Shown one piece after another: positions 27,204 to 37,189 of a stretch of 64,000 bases of DNA. A program made the translations under genes and the position numbers. This DNA comes from a virus. Location: the IMG/VR virus record IMGVR_UViG_3300009601_000004, positions 1 to 64,000 of that record; one strand, given 5' to 3'. The first letter of the stretch is position 1. Every line of letters begins with the position of its first letter. A model generated the notes under the pieces. It saw only the letters and a list, made by a program, of their open reading frames with translations, did not search any database and was not told the DNA's origin.

Positions 27204-27836
27204 ATGACGAACGAAGAGATACGATTGCGCAGATTGCTGGACACATCGGATGCCCTAGAGGCGCTGGCTGCTTTGGCCCTGCGCTTCGGTGAGGTTGAGC
27301 GACTCACCCAGCACCCCGACGGGCGCAACGAGACGGACACCACGCACACGGTCATGCTCGCGTTGGCTGCTGTCCTGGTGGCGCCGTCGATGGGGTTGGA
27401 CCCTGGGGAGTGTGTCATCATGGCGCTGGTCCATGACCTACCCGAAGCCTACGCCGGGGACACACCCACACTCGTGCGCCTGACCCCAGAGCAACAGGCG
27501 GACAAGGACGCAGCGGAGGCTGCAGCGACCCGGCGAATCCGTAGGGAGTTGCCCCTAATCGGTGCCCTGATCTCGAAGTACGAGCGTCAAGACACACCAG
27601 CTGCACGCATGGTCAAGGTGCTCGACAAGGTCATGCCGAAACTCACGCACATGCTCGACAGGTGTACGGTCGCCCGCAAGCAAGGGATGACCTCGGATGA
27701 CCTGCAAGAGATGCAAGACCAGCAAGCGGGGCACCTGCGCGAGCGCTACCCGGAGCGTGCGATGATCCCCGTTCACAACCTCTTTGACGAGATGACGGCG
27801 CGGTGCATGGCTGCGTACCCGGAAGACCTTGGGTGA
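27204..27836 (+). CDS. HD-domain phosphohydrolase (YfbR/HD_3-like nucleotidase)
   Basis: VER...ETDTTHT, ALVHDLPEAYAGDTPT, VKVLDK. Confidence 0.85.
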   Translation: MTNEEIRLRRLLDTSDALEALAALALRFGEVERLTQHPDGRNETDTTHTVMLALAAVLVAPSMGLDPGECVIMALVHDLPEAYAGDTPTLVRLTPEQQADKDAAEAAATRRIRRELPLIGALISKYERQDTPAARMVKVLDKVMPKLTHMLDRCTVARKQGMTSDDLQEMQDQQAGHLRERYPERAMIPVHNLFDEMTARCMAAYPEDLG

Positions 27837-28059
27837 AGTTCAGCCGCCAAGGTTGGTGTGCCTCGATGCTGCTGAGGCCTCCGCTGGTCTCGGACGGTGT
27901 GTTGCGGGTGCTCTACACGCTCGGCCCTGACTTGAGTCCGCTGGTGTGGGCTCACCTGCTAGGCGAAGATGCGGAAGAGATCGAGCGAGCACTGGTGTGG
28001 ACGGATCGCGAGCAGAAGGGCAGGCACTCGGCTTTACGCGCTCTATTTCAGCAAGCACC

Positions 28060-28088
28060 TTGAACCTTGTACCGCTGGCGGGTAAGGT
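28060..28088 (+). promoter_or_regulatory. Promoter TTGAAC-N17-TAAGGT with operator TACCGCTGGCGGGT in the spacer
   Basis: Operator at 28070-28083. Confidence 0.65.
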
Positions 28089-28127
28089 GTGGCAACGGCG
28101 AAACAACCAACACGGAACTGGCACTCC

Positions 28128-28514
28128 ATGAACGAGACAAGCGAAACACCCGACACGGGTGCGGACGAAGACGCGCACGACGTTGCGCTAGGGTGGGATG
28201 ACCGCATGGACATCCTGCGAGCTGGGCTGACTGTGGTCGCAGAGATCAGCGTAGAAGACGTAGACCTCCGCCAGACCCCAGACGGTGACTGGACGGAGAT
28301 GAGTGACATGGCGGTAGAAGCGCAGCTCATCGGAACGGCCCTTGCTGGCTTGGTCGGGTGGGTGCTCGAATTGCCGGCGGAGTCCTCCATACGCCGCGAC
28401 CTCATTGTGCAGGTCAACGACCAGATCTTCACGGGCGGGCTCACCATTCAATTCAACCGGGAGCCTATGCCCACCTTCGATCTTGGTTTAGCCCACGCGG
28501 AAGTGCCCCAGTGA
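28128..28514 (+). CDS. Acidic hypothetical protein
   Basis: Follows the promoter; ends HAEVPQ. Confidence 0.6.
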   Translation: MNETSETPDTGADEDAHDVALGWDDRMDILRAGLTVVAEISVEDVDLRQTPDGDWTEMSDMAVEAQLIGTALAGLVGWVLELPAESSIRRDLIVQVNDQIFTGGLTIQFNREPMPTFDLGLAHAEVPQ

Positions 28515-28763
28515 GTGGGCAAGGCCGGGAGGCAAACGACGCTAGGAACGTAGAGTACTTGGAAGGACGGGGGTTCATCCTGCAAACCATGGGAGCTTTC
28601 GGCTTCTGGACCTGCCCACACGACCAGCCCCCCCTTACCTCCGAAGATGCCGAGTCACTGGAGTACCTCACGAACCCAGATGGACCCCACGGCACTGTCG
28701 GGCCGGTACACGCCCGCATTCGTCACTACAATGCCTTAAACCACGCGGAAGTGCCCCAGTGAG
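28493..28763 (+). repeat. 23-bp direct repeat CCACGCGGAAGTGCCCCAGTGAG at two gene junctions
   Basis: Copies at 28493-28515 and 28741-28763. Confidence 0.9.
28511..28762 (+). CDS. Hypothetical protein between the direct repeats
   Basis: GTGA coupling at both ends; ends HAEVPQ. Confidence 0.6.
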   Translation: MSGQGREANDARNVEYLEGRGFILQTMGAFGFWTCPHDQPPLTSEDAESLEYLTNPDGPHGTVGPVHARIRHYNALNHAEVPQ

Positions 28764-29193
28764 CGCGGGTGACGGTGGACCCGTCGCGATGTGCGCGAAG
28801 TGTGGCAATAAGCTGACCGCGTACGAGGAGTACATGCACTGCCCCGTTGAAGATGACCTCCAAGCACAACACGCGCGTGTGCCACTGGGCAAGGGTGTGC
28901 GGTTGCGCCGGTTGTCCGCGGAAGAGGCAACGCCAGGCAAACCAGAGAACGCTATCAAGGGCATACAACAGGCGAACTTCTGGCGCATAGCCGTGCTGCC
29001 GGACGGTGCCGAAGTGCCCGTGTGGCGCGATTACAAGAAGCGTGGCTACAGCTACGTCCTGCCTAGCGGTGAGCAGTGCCTTGTGCGCGGCGGCACTGTC
29101 CGGCTGGGCAGAGCAATACTAGGCACGCAAGACCCGTCGTACAGCAGTGTACGGGGTGAACTCGAAGACTTTCCACACTTTCTCGCAACTTAG
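28759..29193 (+). CDS. Hypothetical protein, N-terminal CxxC
   Basis: GTGA coupling. Confidence 0.6.
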   Translation: MSAGDGGPVAMCAKCGNKLTAYEEYMHCPVEDDLQAQHARVPLGKGVRLRRLSAEEATPGKPENAIKGIQQANFWRIAVLPDGAEVPVWRDYKKRGYSYVLPSGEQCLVRGGTVRLGRAILGTQDPSYSSVRGELEDFPHFLAT

Positions 29194-29208
29194 CAGAGGA
29201 CATCTACA

Positions 29209-31884
29209 ATGGCTAAAACCAAGCAACGCTACATCCGCCGCATCGAGGGTGACGTTCAGTCACACATCGACGTAGAGCTAGGACCACGCACACTCATCCA
29301 CGGACGCAACGCGACGGGCAAAGACAGCATCGTGCGCACTCTCACACTCGCGCTGCGTGGCGCTGTAGACGACATGGCTGGACGGGACGACGTCAAGGCT
29401 GCACACGTCCTCTCTGGCCTCGCACCGGGCCGCATTGGCACGCTTCGTGCCCGTGCGCTCGATAACCTGGGAGACACCGCCAGCTTCATCATGGACGTAC
29501 CGGAGCCAGGCAAGACGAAAGGGCTAAAGCACGAACCTCTCAAGGGTGTGCTCTGCCCTGTCGTCGACTTGCGCGAGCATCTTCTGGCTGGGCCTGAGCC
29601 GCGTCGTCGGTGGCTACTCGGTATCATCGGCACCGACATGACGGAGGAGCGCATACGGGCATTGATTCCGGGGCCCCTGCTGTCCGAATACACCGCAGTA
29701 CACACCGCCGTGCGCATTGCGCTTAAGGGCGCACGAGGCGCCACAGACCTCACACCGGTTGAGCTGCTCACCAAGGTTCGCGGCGAAGCGGCCACGCGTA
29801 AGAGCGGGGCCGCACGGGACCGCAAAGCGCACCTAGCCATCGCCGCTGTGGGTGGTTCAAACGTCCCAGTGCCTGCGGCGAGCGAGCTGGAAGGGCTCAA
29901 GATGGAGATGGAGCAAGCGCAGGCCCTACTCGGACAAGTGCCTGCCGTAGTGGAAGCGGCGGCGCTGCCTACCCTTGTCAGCACACATGAGGTCTCGCAG
30001 CTGCCTGTGCTGGATACGCTGGCACACGGCACAGATTTGCGGGCAAAGGACGCACGCGTGAAGGCCGACGCCATCCAAGAGTGGTTGTATCAAAACCCGG
30101 AGCCGTCGCTTGAGGATGTCGACGCCGCACGCAGAGCCATCGAGGTGCAAGGTGCGCTGAAGATGGTCGCAGCTGCGCAGATCGAGGCGGTCACAGCTGG
30201 CCGCATTCATTCCTGTGTACTCTGCGGTGGCGGGCAGTCCGTACAAGGCACGGACATCGTCTTGGGTACGGATTCGCTGGACTACGCAGACAACGCCATC
30301 CGCTCCGCCGATGGTGTCATCGGGCAATGGCAGGGGATCCTTGACATTGTGAAGACCCGCACAGCAAACGCCGGGTACCTGTCCCAGTGGAACACGCAGA
30401 TTGCCACGCTGGAAGGGCAAGCGGCACGCACTCGTGTAACAGCGGCCGACATCCGTAAGCGCCAGCACGAGCAAGAGAACCAGCGCGCCCATGCACGCAC
30501 ACAGCAGACCACTGGCGACGCCGCCGCACTGGGTGGCGCTCGTAATGAGCTGGAGGTGTCGCTTCGCAAGGCTACGGAAGACTACGTCCGCGCGAAAGGG
30601 GCATTTGACGCCAACGCCAACGTGCGTAGGGCGCAGAGTCAGGCAACTGTCGCACAGTCGGATGAGGACAAGTACAAGCGTCTTGTTGAGGCGCTAGACA
30701 AGGTCGTCGGCGAGGTCTTGCACCAAGCCAAGGATCTGTTTGTCCAGCAGGTGCGGTCGTTCATGCCAGAGCGTAAGGACATGCCAGGGGCCGAACGTAT
30801 CGGCGGCGGTGGGATGTTTGAGATCAGCTTGAATGAGGGCAAGCGTGAGGTTTGCGACATCGGACTGCTCAAGGCGGCGGACGAAGGCGGCAACCCTTAC
30901 GTCGCGACATCCTTGTCGGGTGCCGAAGAGGTCATCGTGCGTACCGCCATGGCGTGTGCGCTGGGCGTCCGTAATGGTTCCGACCTTGTTGTCGTGACGC
31001 TCAACGAGCGCGGCATCCACCCTGACGACCTTGGGCCGGCGATGCGTGCGCTCTCCAAGGCCCCCTGTCAGATCATCTGGACCAACACCCTGCCGCCGAA
31101 AGGCCGCAAGCCCGCTGGCTGGACCATCATTGACACCGGCAAGATGGTTGCACCCTCAGAGCCCTTCGAGGCTGATGCTGCTCTGACATCGGTGGAGACG
31201 GAAGCAAAGGCTGCGGCCAAAGATGCCGCGTCACTAGCCGCTGCAGAAGCGCGCGATGACGGGATGAACGCGCAGGAAGTCCGCGAGGCCGCCGCCGATG
31301 CTGCGAAGGCGGCGGAAGCGGAAGTACGCGGCGACGTCATCAAGTCGTTGCTACCCTTCTGGGCGCAAGACCTCGGTCGTGGGATGCCGACACTCGCGCT
31401 CAAGGGGCCTGTGACTGACGTCGTCTCGCTGGCCTACCCGTCGTCTGGGGGCATCTGCGATTCCCATCAAGTGACAGAGGGCACCGAGATCACCACCGTG
31501 TGGCACCGCTTCAACAACGGGCTGGTGTGCCGTACTGCGCCTGGTCGGCTGTTGATGTTCAGTGGCCGCTGCCCTGACCCAACAGCTGCCGAGCCTCCCA
31601 GTGTGCCGGTGTGGGCTGGGGAGGTGGAGTCGGGGCCTTCGCTCTTTGTTGTGCAGGGCAAAGAGCCAGACATGCAAGCAGTGCTGACCGCCAGTGAGAT
31701 GGGTGACTACGTCGTCGAAGTGGCCTACAACAAGTGGGAACGCCTGCAAACAGGCGTCGTGCTCTGGAAAGGCAACAAGGCCACATCGGTGCTTACCGGC
31801 ACGTCGCGCGTCGCACCTGGACAGGTGGCCGAAGTTCGCGCACAGGTCGGTCGACAGACCGCCGGTCTCGAAGGAGGTGGTTGA
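29209..31884 (+). CDS. Rad50/SbcC-like ABC ATPase with C-terminal extension
   Basis: Walker A GRNATGKDS, coiled coils, central CVLC hook, signature LSGAE, degenerate Walker B VVVTLNE. Confidence 0.75.
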   Translation: MAKTKQRYIRRIEGDVQSHIDVELGPRTLIHGRNATGKDSIVRTLTLALRGAVDDMAGRDDVKAAHVLSGLAPGRIGTLRARALDNLGDTASFIMDVPEPGKTKGLKHEPLKGVLCPVVDLREHLLAGPEPRRRWLLGIIGTDMTEERIRALIPGPLLSEYTAVHTAVRIALKGARGATDLTPVELLTKVRGEAATRKSGAARDRKAHLAIAAVGGSNVPVPAASELEGLKMEMEQAQALLGQVPAVVEAAALPTLVSTHEVSQLPVLDTLAHGTDLRAKDARVKADAIQEWLYQNPEPSLEDVDAARRAIEVQGALKMVAAAQIEAVTAGRIHSCVLCGGGQSVQGTDIVLGTDSLDYADNAIRSADGVIGQWQGILDIVKTRTANAGYLSQWNTQIATLEGQAARTRVTAADIRKRQHEQENQRAHARTQQTTGDAAALGGARNELEVSLRKATEDYVRAKGAFDANANVRRAQSQATVAQSDEDKYKRLVEALDKVVGEVLHQAKDLFVQQVRSFMPERKDMPGAERIGGGGMFEISLNEGKREVCDIGLLKAADEGGNPYVATSLSGAEEVIVRTAMACALGVRNGSDLVVVTLNERGIHPDDLGPAMRALSKAPCQIIWTNTLPPKGRKPAGWTIIDTGKMVAPSEPFEADAALTSVETEAKAAAKDAASLAAAEARDDGMNAQEVREAAADAAKAAEAEVRGDVIKSLLPFWAQDLGRGMPTLALKGPVTDVVSLAYPSSGGICDSHQVTEGTEITTVWHRFNNGLVCRTAPGRLLMFSGRCPDPTAAEPPSVPVWAGEVESGPSLFVVQGKEPDMQAVLTASEMGDYVVEVAYNKWERLQTGVVLWKGNKATSVLTGTSRVAPGQVAEVRAQVGRQTAGLEGGG

Positions 31885-33215
31885 TGCCGTGGGTAGAGGA
31901 CAGCAGCGCGCCGGTAGAGACCTACCGCCACGGAGACGGTCTCAGTCTGCGTTGGGGCCGTGAAAGCTGGTCCTTGCTGGTCTGGCGCTTGCCTCTGGGC
32001 ACGGGGATTATCACTACCCTTCAGTTGGATCCGAAACTCGCGGAAGCCTCGGGACTCGCGGCACTCGCGGCACTCGCGGAAAAAGAGCTAGACACCAGGC
32101 AAGAGGGTGACACCGTCCCGTGCGCGGCCACCAACCGCTCTTGGACACTGCGCTATGACGAGAGCATTGACGGCGTAGACGGTAGCGGTGGCTGGGTCTG
32201 GCTTGACGGTAGCGGTGGGTCATACAACCCTGGGGTAGCACAGCGTAAACACCCACTCGTCGCTTACTTGCGCCTGCAAGACCAGACCAGACGCTACTGG
32301 GGGCCTTCCACCACGCAGCTCGCGCACGATGCAAGCCCGTGGAAGGACGAAGAGACGGGGGCGGGTACGCCTACTGTGCAGCCGGCAGCGGAGGAGGTGC
32401 TCGCCGACGCACTCAAGGCCGAGACCCGCAGAGGCTGGCAAACGCTGCAAGATGGTCGAGCCTACCGCCAGGTAGGTGACACACACTGGGCCATCATCAC
32501 GGTTGCAGACATCGACGATGGCGTCCGCTTTGGATTGTGGGCGCTGTACCGCGATGGATGCCATGTACTGGATGTGGGGACAGGGCACACCGACACAGTA
32601 GAGCAACGTACAGCGTGGGGGGATGCGTACATTGCTACAGTCCACAGCGCTAAGTGGGCAATCTCCTCGGATGGCACAGCGCTCTACATTGACTTTACAG
32701 GGGCGCTCACGTGGACAATCTCGAAAGTGGCCGGTAGCATTTGGGCGCTGCACTGCAACGGCAAGCGTCTTTCGGACATTGTTCCAGGGCACACAGGAAC
32801 GGCTCGACAGCGCATCGAGTGGGCGGATGAGCACATCCAGCAGCTAGAGGCCATGCAGCGCGAAGACGGGGCAGCAGACGCACAAGAGAGCGCCATCAAT
32901 CCCAGCCACTACAAGGACCGCGACGTCTCCGAGTGCATCGACATCGTGCGCGCCATTACCTGGGATCCTGAAGAGGTCGCCTGTGCCGTGGCCGCCAACC
33001 TTGGCGATGGTGCTGCCCCCGATACGAAGTCTGTGGCCTTCGCTGACCATTGCCGACTCGACGCATTCAAGTACGTGTTCCGCGCAGGTGACAAGGTGCT
33101 ACCCGGTGAAAACGTCCACGACGCCATCGTTCGCGACCTCGGTAAAGCGGTCTGGTACCTCCAGAAAGCTCTGCATGAGTTGGGTGCCGGCGACGACCCT
33201 CGGGATGGCACATGA
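31884..33215 (+). CDS. Multidomain protein with C-terminal DUF3310 (T7 gp1.7-like nucleotide kinase)
   Basis: INPSHY...ECIDI...FKYVFRAGDK...DLGKAVWYL; AGGAGG RBS. Confidence 0.75.
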   Translation: MPWVEDSSAPVETYRHGDGLSLRWGRESWSLLVWRLPLGTGIITTLQLDPKLAEASGLAALAALAEKELDTRQEGDTVPCAATNRSWTLRYDESIDGVDGSGGWVWLDGSGGSYNPGVAQRKHPLVAYLRLQDQTRRYWGPSTTQLAHDASPWKDEETGAGTPTVQPAAEEVLADALKAETRRGWQTLQDGRAYRQVGDTHWAIITVADIDDGVRFGLWALYRDGCHVLDVGTGHTDTVEQRTAWGDAYIATVHSAKWAISSDGTALYIDFTGALTWTISKVAGSIWALHCNGKRLSDIVPGHTGTARQRIEWADEHIQQLEAMQREDGAADAQESAINPSHYKDRDVSECIDIVRAITWDPEEVACAVAANLGDGAAPDTKSVAFADHCRLDAFKYVFRAGDKVLPGENVHDAIVRDLGKAVWYLQKALHELGAGDDPRDGT

Positions 33216-33919
33216 ACGCCCGCGACCGCCGCACGCTTCGCCGTACCGTGCGACGCCGTCTAATCGAAATGGGCGTACAGCCAATGGCCGAAGACATGAG
33301 GAGCATGACCTTTTCCTCGGCTTGTGTTGTACGCAATTCGATGCAGCAAAACCTGTGGATTCGCCGTAAGGTGCAAGAGGACAAACGGCCTAAGTTCCAG
33401 GCGCGGCCAGGTCACGGGTCGCCTTCCACTTCCCGTAAGTGGGGCCACTTGATGAATCATTTGGGGAAGCTACAGCTCCTGCGGACTTTCCAGCGTCACG
33501 CCCCTGCCTTCCCTGAAGGCACGCAGGTGGAGTACACCCGCAAAGACGGCACCACAGTCACGGGCACGACTGACACATACTACCCGCAGAGCGTGCTAAA
33601 TGACTACGGCGCCGTGTTGGTGAAAGGCCCTGCGTACCGGCTCAAGCTCACCCCAGAAGACGCCAAGCGTGTTGGCCACCCTGTCACGGTCACTGCGTCC
33701 CGCCTCCGCGTCGTCATCACCCTTGACCCCGTGGGCTGCGACTTTGACCTGAGTACGCACGACTTTGACACCGTGCCTCGCGTCCGGTGTGATGAGCCCG
33801 TACTCGGTGACCTGCGCGTCTGCTACGACCACGCCAAGCTGTGCCCAGAGTGCCGCGAGGAGCCCGTCAACCCCGGCGAGACCTGCAACCCCTGCCCTGT
33901 TTACCTGGATGAGCCATGA
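33212..33919 (+). CDS. Hypothetical protein, Cys-rich C-terminus
   Basis: ATGA coupling. Confidence 0.6.
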   Translation: MNARDRRTLRRTVRRRLIEMGVQPMAEDMRSMTFSSACVVRNSMQQNLWIRRKVQEDKRPKFQARPGHGSPSTSRKWGHLMNHLGKLQLLRTFQRHAPAFPEGTQVEYTRKDGTTVTGTTDTYYPQSVLNDYGAVLVKGPAYRLKLTPEDAKRVGHPVTVTASRLRVVITLDPVGCDFDLSTHDFDTVPRVRCDEPVLGDLRVCYDHAKLCPECREEPVNPGETCNPCPVYLDEP

Positions 33920-34320
33920 AGACAACGCACACCCGCGAGTTGTTCCGCGTGCGTGGCTTGTCAGCCACGGCCATCACCGTGCCCATAGATACATCCTGGG
34001 TTGTCACCGGCTTTCGCCCTATACGGGCTAACCGGCCCCTAGTGATCTATGAGACAGCAAACACGCGCGTTGAGCTTCTCTCCACGCCTGATGGGAAGTT
34101 GTGGCACCCCACGCATGACGACCTGAACACGGTGCATCGACTGCAGCCGTGGGCTGTACCTGCGGGGGTCACATTCACCCTGCGCATTGAGGAGCGTGGG
34201 TCGTCGTTGGCTTCTCCCCTTATCACGGATCACCCGCCCCTTGTGGGCGCAAGTGGGGGCGGAGGGCGGTACACTTTCTACGGGGAAGAGACCACTATTT
34301 TGCAGGGGGATACCTACTGA
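33916..34320 (+). CDS. Hypothetical protein
   Basis: ATGA coupling. Confidence 0.6.
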   Translation: MKTTHTRELFRVRGLSATAITVPIDTSWVVTGFRPIRANRPLVIYETANTRVELLSTPDGKLWHPTHDDLNTVHRLQPWAVPAGVTFTLRIEERGSSLASPLITDHPPLVGASGGGGRYTFYGEETTILQGDTY

Positions 34321-34366
34321 TGACCAAGCCAATACCACGCCACATTTTCGACCCTTGGAGCCCCTA

Positions 34367-34699
34367 ATGAGCCGTGAGACACAACCGACGTGGGCAAGTC
34401 TCCAGGGTGCCGCGATACTTGCTTTTGTTGTGGGTGCCGCAAGCTGCTCGTTGGTCTGGTTAGCGGTCACCACACACCCCATGCCAGCGCACCCCGACAC
34501 GCCGACCATTCCTTTTCACCTCGAAGCTCACAGCGCCGTAGACTGGGTGGAGCATCAGGGCGAGCTGGTTCGCATCCGCGACGTAGAGAATGACCTGCTG
34601 TGTTGGGTGACTGTCCGGCTGGACGGCGACCCGATGAGCATGTGGTGTTCACCTGGTTGGGCACTTGAAGAACCGGGAGACGCAGACGATGAGCAGTAG
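34367..34699 (+). CDS. Membrane-anchored hypothetical protein
   Basis: GGAG RBS; N-terminal hydrophobic helix. Confidence 0.55.
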   Translation: MSRETQPTWASLQGAAILAFVVGAASCSLVWLAVTTHPMPAHPDTPTIPFHLEAHSAVDWVEHQGELVRIRDVENDLLCWVTVRLDGDPMSMWCSPGWALEEPGDADDEQ

Positions 34700-35102
34700 T
34701 AATTGGACATACGCAGAGAGCCCAGACACCGCCGCAAAGGCTCGTGGGGAAGGCTTCTTAGCCATTCGGCACACTCGCACCTGTGAGTGTCGAATCGTGC
34801 TTCACGGGCCGTCTCGTTCTGCCCTCGCGGACGCAGCTCACGAGGTAGACCGCGGCTTAGACTTGCGCGGCGAGCCGCAGCGCCTCACTCGCGCGAATTG
34901 GACGGGCCGCCCCACTGTAGAGGTGCCTACGCCGAAGGGCGCTGTTGTCGTCACGGGCCTCCGCTTGGTGGAGCCAGAGCCTTCAGTTGCTGGGGAGCCC
35001 TGTGGGGTGTGTTTGTCGCCCAACACCGAAATACTTGGGGACTACACTGATTGTGTCGACTGCGGCGCCTGCAGCTTGGACCCTGACTGGGTTGAAGCGT
35101 GA
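34689..35102 (+). CDS. Hypothetical protein with C-terminal Zn ribbon
   Basis: CGVC...CVDCG. Confidence 0.6.
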   Translation: MSSSNWTYAESPDTAAKARGEGFLAIRHTRTCECRIVLHGPSRSALADAAHEVDRGLDLRGEPQRLTRANWTGRPTVEVPTPKGAVVVTGLRLVEPEPSVAGEPCGVCLSPNTEILGDYTDCVDCGACSLDPDWVEA

Positions 35103-35284
35103 GCGACGCCCCCGAAGAGGTCCGCAAGCCGGCAAGGCCGGTTACTTTCGAGGGTGTGAGTTACCCTAGTGTGGGAGCGTTTGCGCGTTTCTACCGAGGG
35201 CATGAAGCGGGTCGGTTAACCAAACGTCAGCGCAATCGAGCGCTGGACGCACTGCGTGAAAACGCCAAAAAGGGAGGCACTTGA
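35099..35284 (+). CDS. Small DNA-binding-like protein
   Basis: PVTFEGVSYPSVGAFAR; GTGA coupling. Confidence 0.55.
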   Translation: MSDAPEEVRKPARPVTFEGVSYPSVGAFARFYRGHEAGRLTKRQRNRALDALRENAKKGGT

Positions 35285-35829
35285 TGCCAACAGGACCATT
35301 CTCACCCGGAAAGTTTCCACCGATTGACGGGCTCCCGCCTATCACGCAAGACGATGCAGAGGCCTTCGAGCAGGAGACTCACAGCAGCTTGGTTGAGTCG
35401 GGCTTGTCAACCATCATAGCCGTCGCGCAGGCAGCACAGGCTGGCCGTATGCCCCTCACGCGGGCACTCGGTCTCATCCAAGGCACCGCAGAGCAGTACC
35501 GCAACCTTGCCAATCTCTACGCTGCGGGAGAACCCGAGTTTGAGAAGGACGGCTATGGTGGGGGCCTAGTGCGCCGACGTCGGCCTGAAAATGCGGGAGG
35601 GCTCGCGGGCATACCACACGAGCTGACGGGTATGCTGGAGGGCCAGGCCGAAGCGGTCAACATCAGCGCGCTCACTTCTATCCTGAAGTCTGACGCTTCC
35701 GAGGACGCGAAGGCCGTGGCTAGTGCCCGCCTTGACGCTCTACTCTTGCCAGTGCCTGCTACGTGGACGCCGGCACCGTCCGAAGCCCTGCTTACCCCGC
35801 TACCCCCTGAACAACCCGAGGACGCTTAA
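35284..35829 (+). CDS. Hypothetical protein
   Basis: GGAGG RBS; TGATG coupling. Confidence 0.65.
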   Translation: MPTGPFSPGKFPPIDGLPPITQDDAEAFEQETHSSLVESGLSTIIAVAQAAQAGRMPLTRALGLIQGTAEQYRNLANLYAAGEPEFEKDGYGGGLVRRRRPENAGGLAGIPHELTGMLEGQAEAVNISALTSILKSDASEDAKAVASARLDALLLPVPATWTPAPSEALLTPLPPEQPEDA

Positions 35830-36552
35830 ATGCACTGGTTCATCCCATCGAGTACCGGGGACTTCCGCTTGGAGTCCATCAAGGACAACACGAGCTGCAA
35901 GCTCACAGTGAACGACCCGACGACCTTCGAGTACGGCGAGATACTGACACCGTTCATTACCAAGATGCGCAAAGCCTCCTGGATTGACGACGCCGACGGA
36001 GTCGCCCGCAAAGGCAAGACTGTCCTCAAGATCAAGGCATCGATCCAGACGATTGGTGCCATCCTCGCGAGCATCGTGACCGAGTCCCGTGGTGAGACGT
36101 GGACAGCCATCCGCAGCGAGGGCGGGAAGGTGACGCTCTTGTCAGAGTCTACGGACCCTGGGAAGGCCATTGAGTCCGCACCCGATACCATAGCGGCTGT
36201 GACGGTTAAGAAGCCTCGACGGGGGTGCCCAGCACCGGAGGATGCAAACATCCGTGCGTCCCAAGTGCTTCGCACGTTCAGCACAGAAGTCCAGTGGTTG
36301 GACTTCTTGGCGACGGGCACCATGAAGCTCATCGGCAACGCCACAGGTCGTGCATACCGCGTGTTCCATCGCAAGCGCGCAGTCGAACGCCGGCTAGGTC
36401 ACTTGCTGGTCGACGACACGGGCGACGAGGTCTGTGTGTGGGATGACACCATCCCCGCTGAAGAGGAGATGCTCGCCATCAAACTGGCTGTGGAGCACCG
36501 CGAGGCGTGGCTCATGAGCGGTCACCTTGGTGGTGGCTTGGCGCTGATCTAG
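35830..36552 (+). CDS. Hypothetical protein
   Basis: GAGGA RBS; 240-aa ORF. Confidence 0.75.
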   Translation: MHWFIPSSTGDFRLESIKDNTSCKLTVNDPTTFEYGEILTPFITKMRKASWIDDADGVARKGKTVLKIKASIQTIGAILASIVTESRGETWTAIRSEGGKVTLLSESTDPGKAIESAPDTIAAVTVKKPRRGCPAPEDANIRASQVLRTFSTEVQWLDFLATGTMKLIGNATGRAYRVFHRKRAVERRLGHLLVDDTGDEVCVWDDTIPAEEEMLAIKLAVEHREAWLMSGHLGGGLALI

Positions 36553-36773
36553 TGCCTCGGTACGAGTACCGGTGTGGTGAGTGCGGACACGTCCAAGACC
36601 TGTTCGGCATTCCTGTGTCGAGGCGAGATGAGCCCGTGATGTGCAACGCATCAGCTGCCCACCCTGACACGGGCGCTCCCGTCCGCTGTGTGCGACTTGT
36701 CGCGGTCACAGGGGGATTCTCGCTCAAGGGCGGCGGCTGGTACAAAGACGGTTACCAAAAGGACAAGCCATGA
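36552..36773 (+). CDS. FmdB-family zinc-ribbon protein
   Basis: PRYEYRCGECGH...FSLKGGGWYKDGY. Confidence 0.8.
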   Translation: MPRYEYRCGECGHVQDLFGIPVSRRDEPVMCNASAAHPDTGAPVRCVRLVAVTGGFSLKGGGWYKDGYQKDKP

Positions 36774-37012
36774 ATACATTTGCAACCATTTATGCCCTGG
36801 GGATGGCCTGGGGCGGGCTTCACACGGTGTGGCAGATTCACACGGGTAGGAGCGTCCTAGACACCGACCGAGCCGTCGTGAAAGTCTTACCGCTCACACG
36901 GCAGCAGATGATCCAAACCCTCGTGTTCGGTTCGGCGGTTCTTTGGCCCGCGTTGCTTGTGGCCATCCTGTTCAACCTGTGGTCCCGGTTGTCTGCTTGG
37001 GTGCATAGTTGA
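36770..37012 (+). CDS. Small membrane protein
   Basis: Two hydrophobic segments; ATGA coupling. Confidence 0.6.
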   Translation: MNTFATIYALGMAWGGLHTVWQIHTGRSVLDTDRAVVKVLPLTRQQMIQTLVFGSAVLWPALLVAILFNLWSRLSAWVHS

Positions 37013-37189
37013 AGGGGCGCAAACGGGCACTAGAGGCCTTGCGCTACTTTTCAGGCCAGATGTTTCTGGCGGAGGTCGAGGCGCGAGCCGAAGGCGACGC
37101 AGACGGGCAGAAGCTACTCACGGCGCTGGGTATTCACTGTCAAAAGCAGATGAGCGAAACGGCGCGCACCTTAGCTGATGAGGTACCCG

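Noticed and set aside
27204-27836. DatZ / 2-aminoadenine (Z) genome system
   Set aside because: A generic HD nucleotidase with no PurZ or MazZ in the window; an adenine MTase is present.
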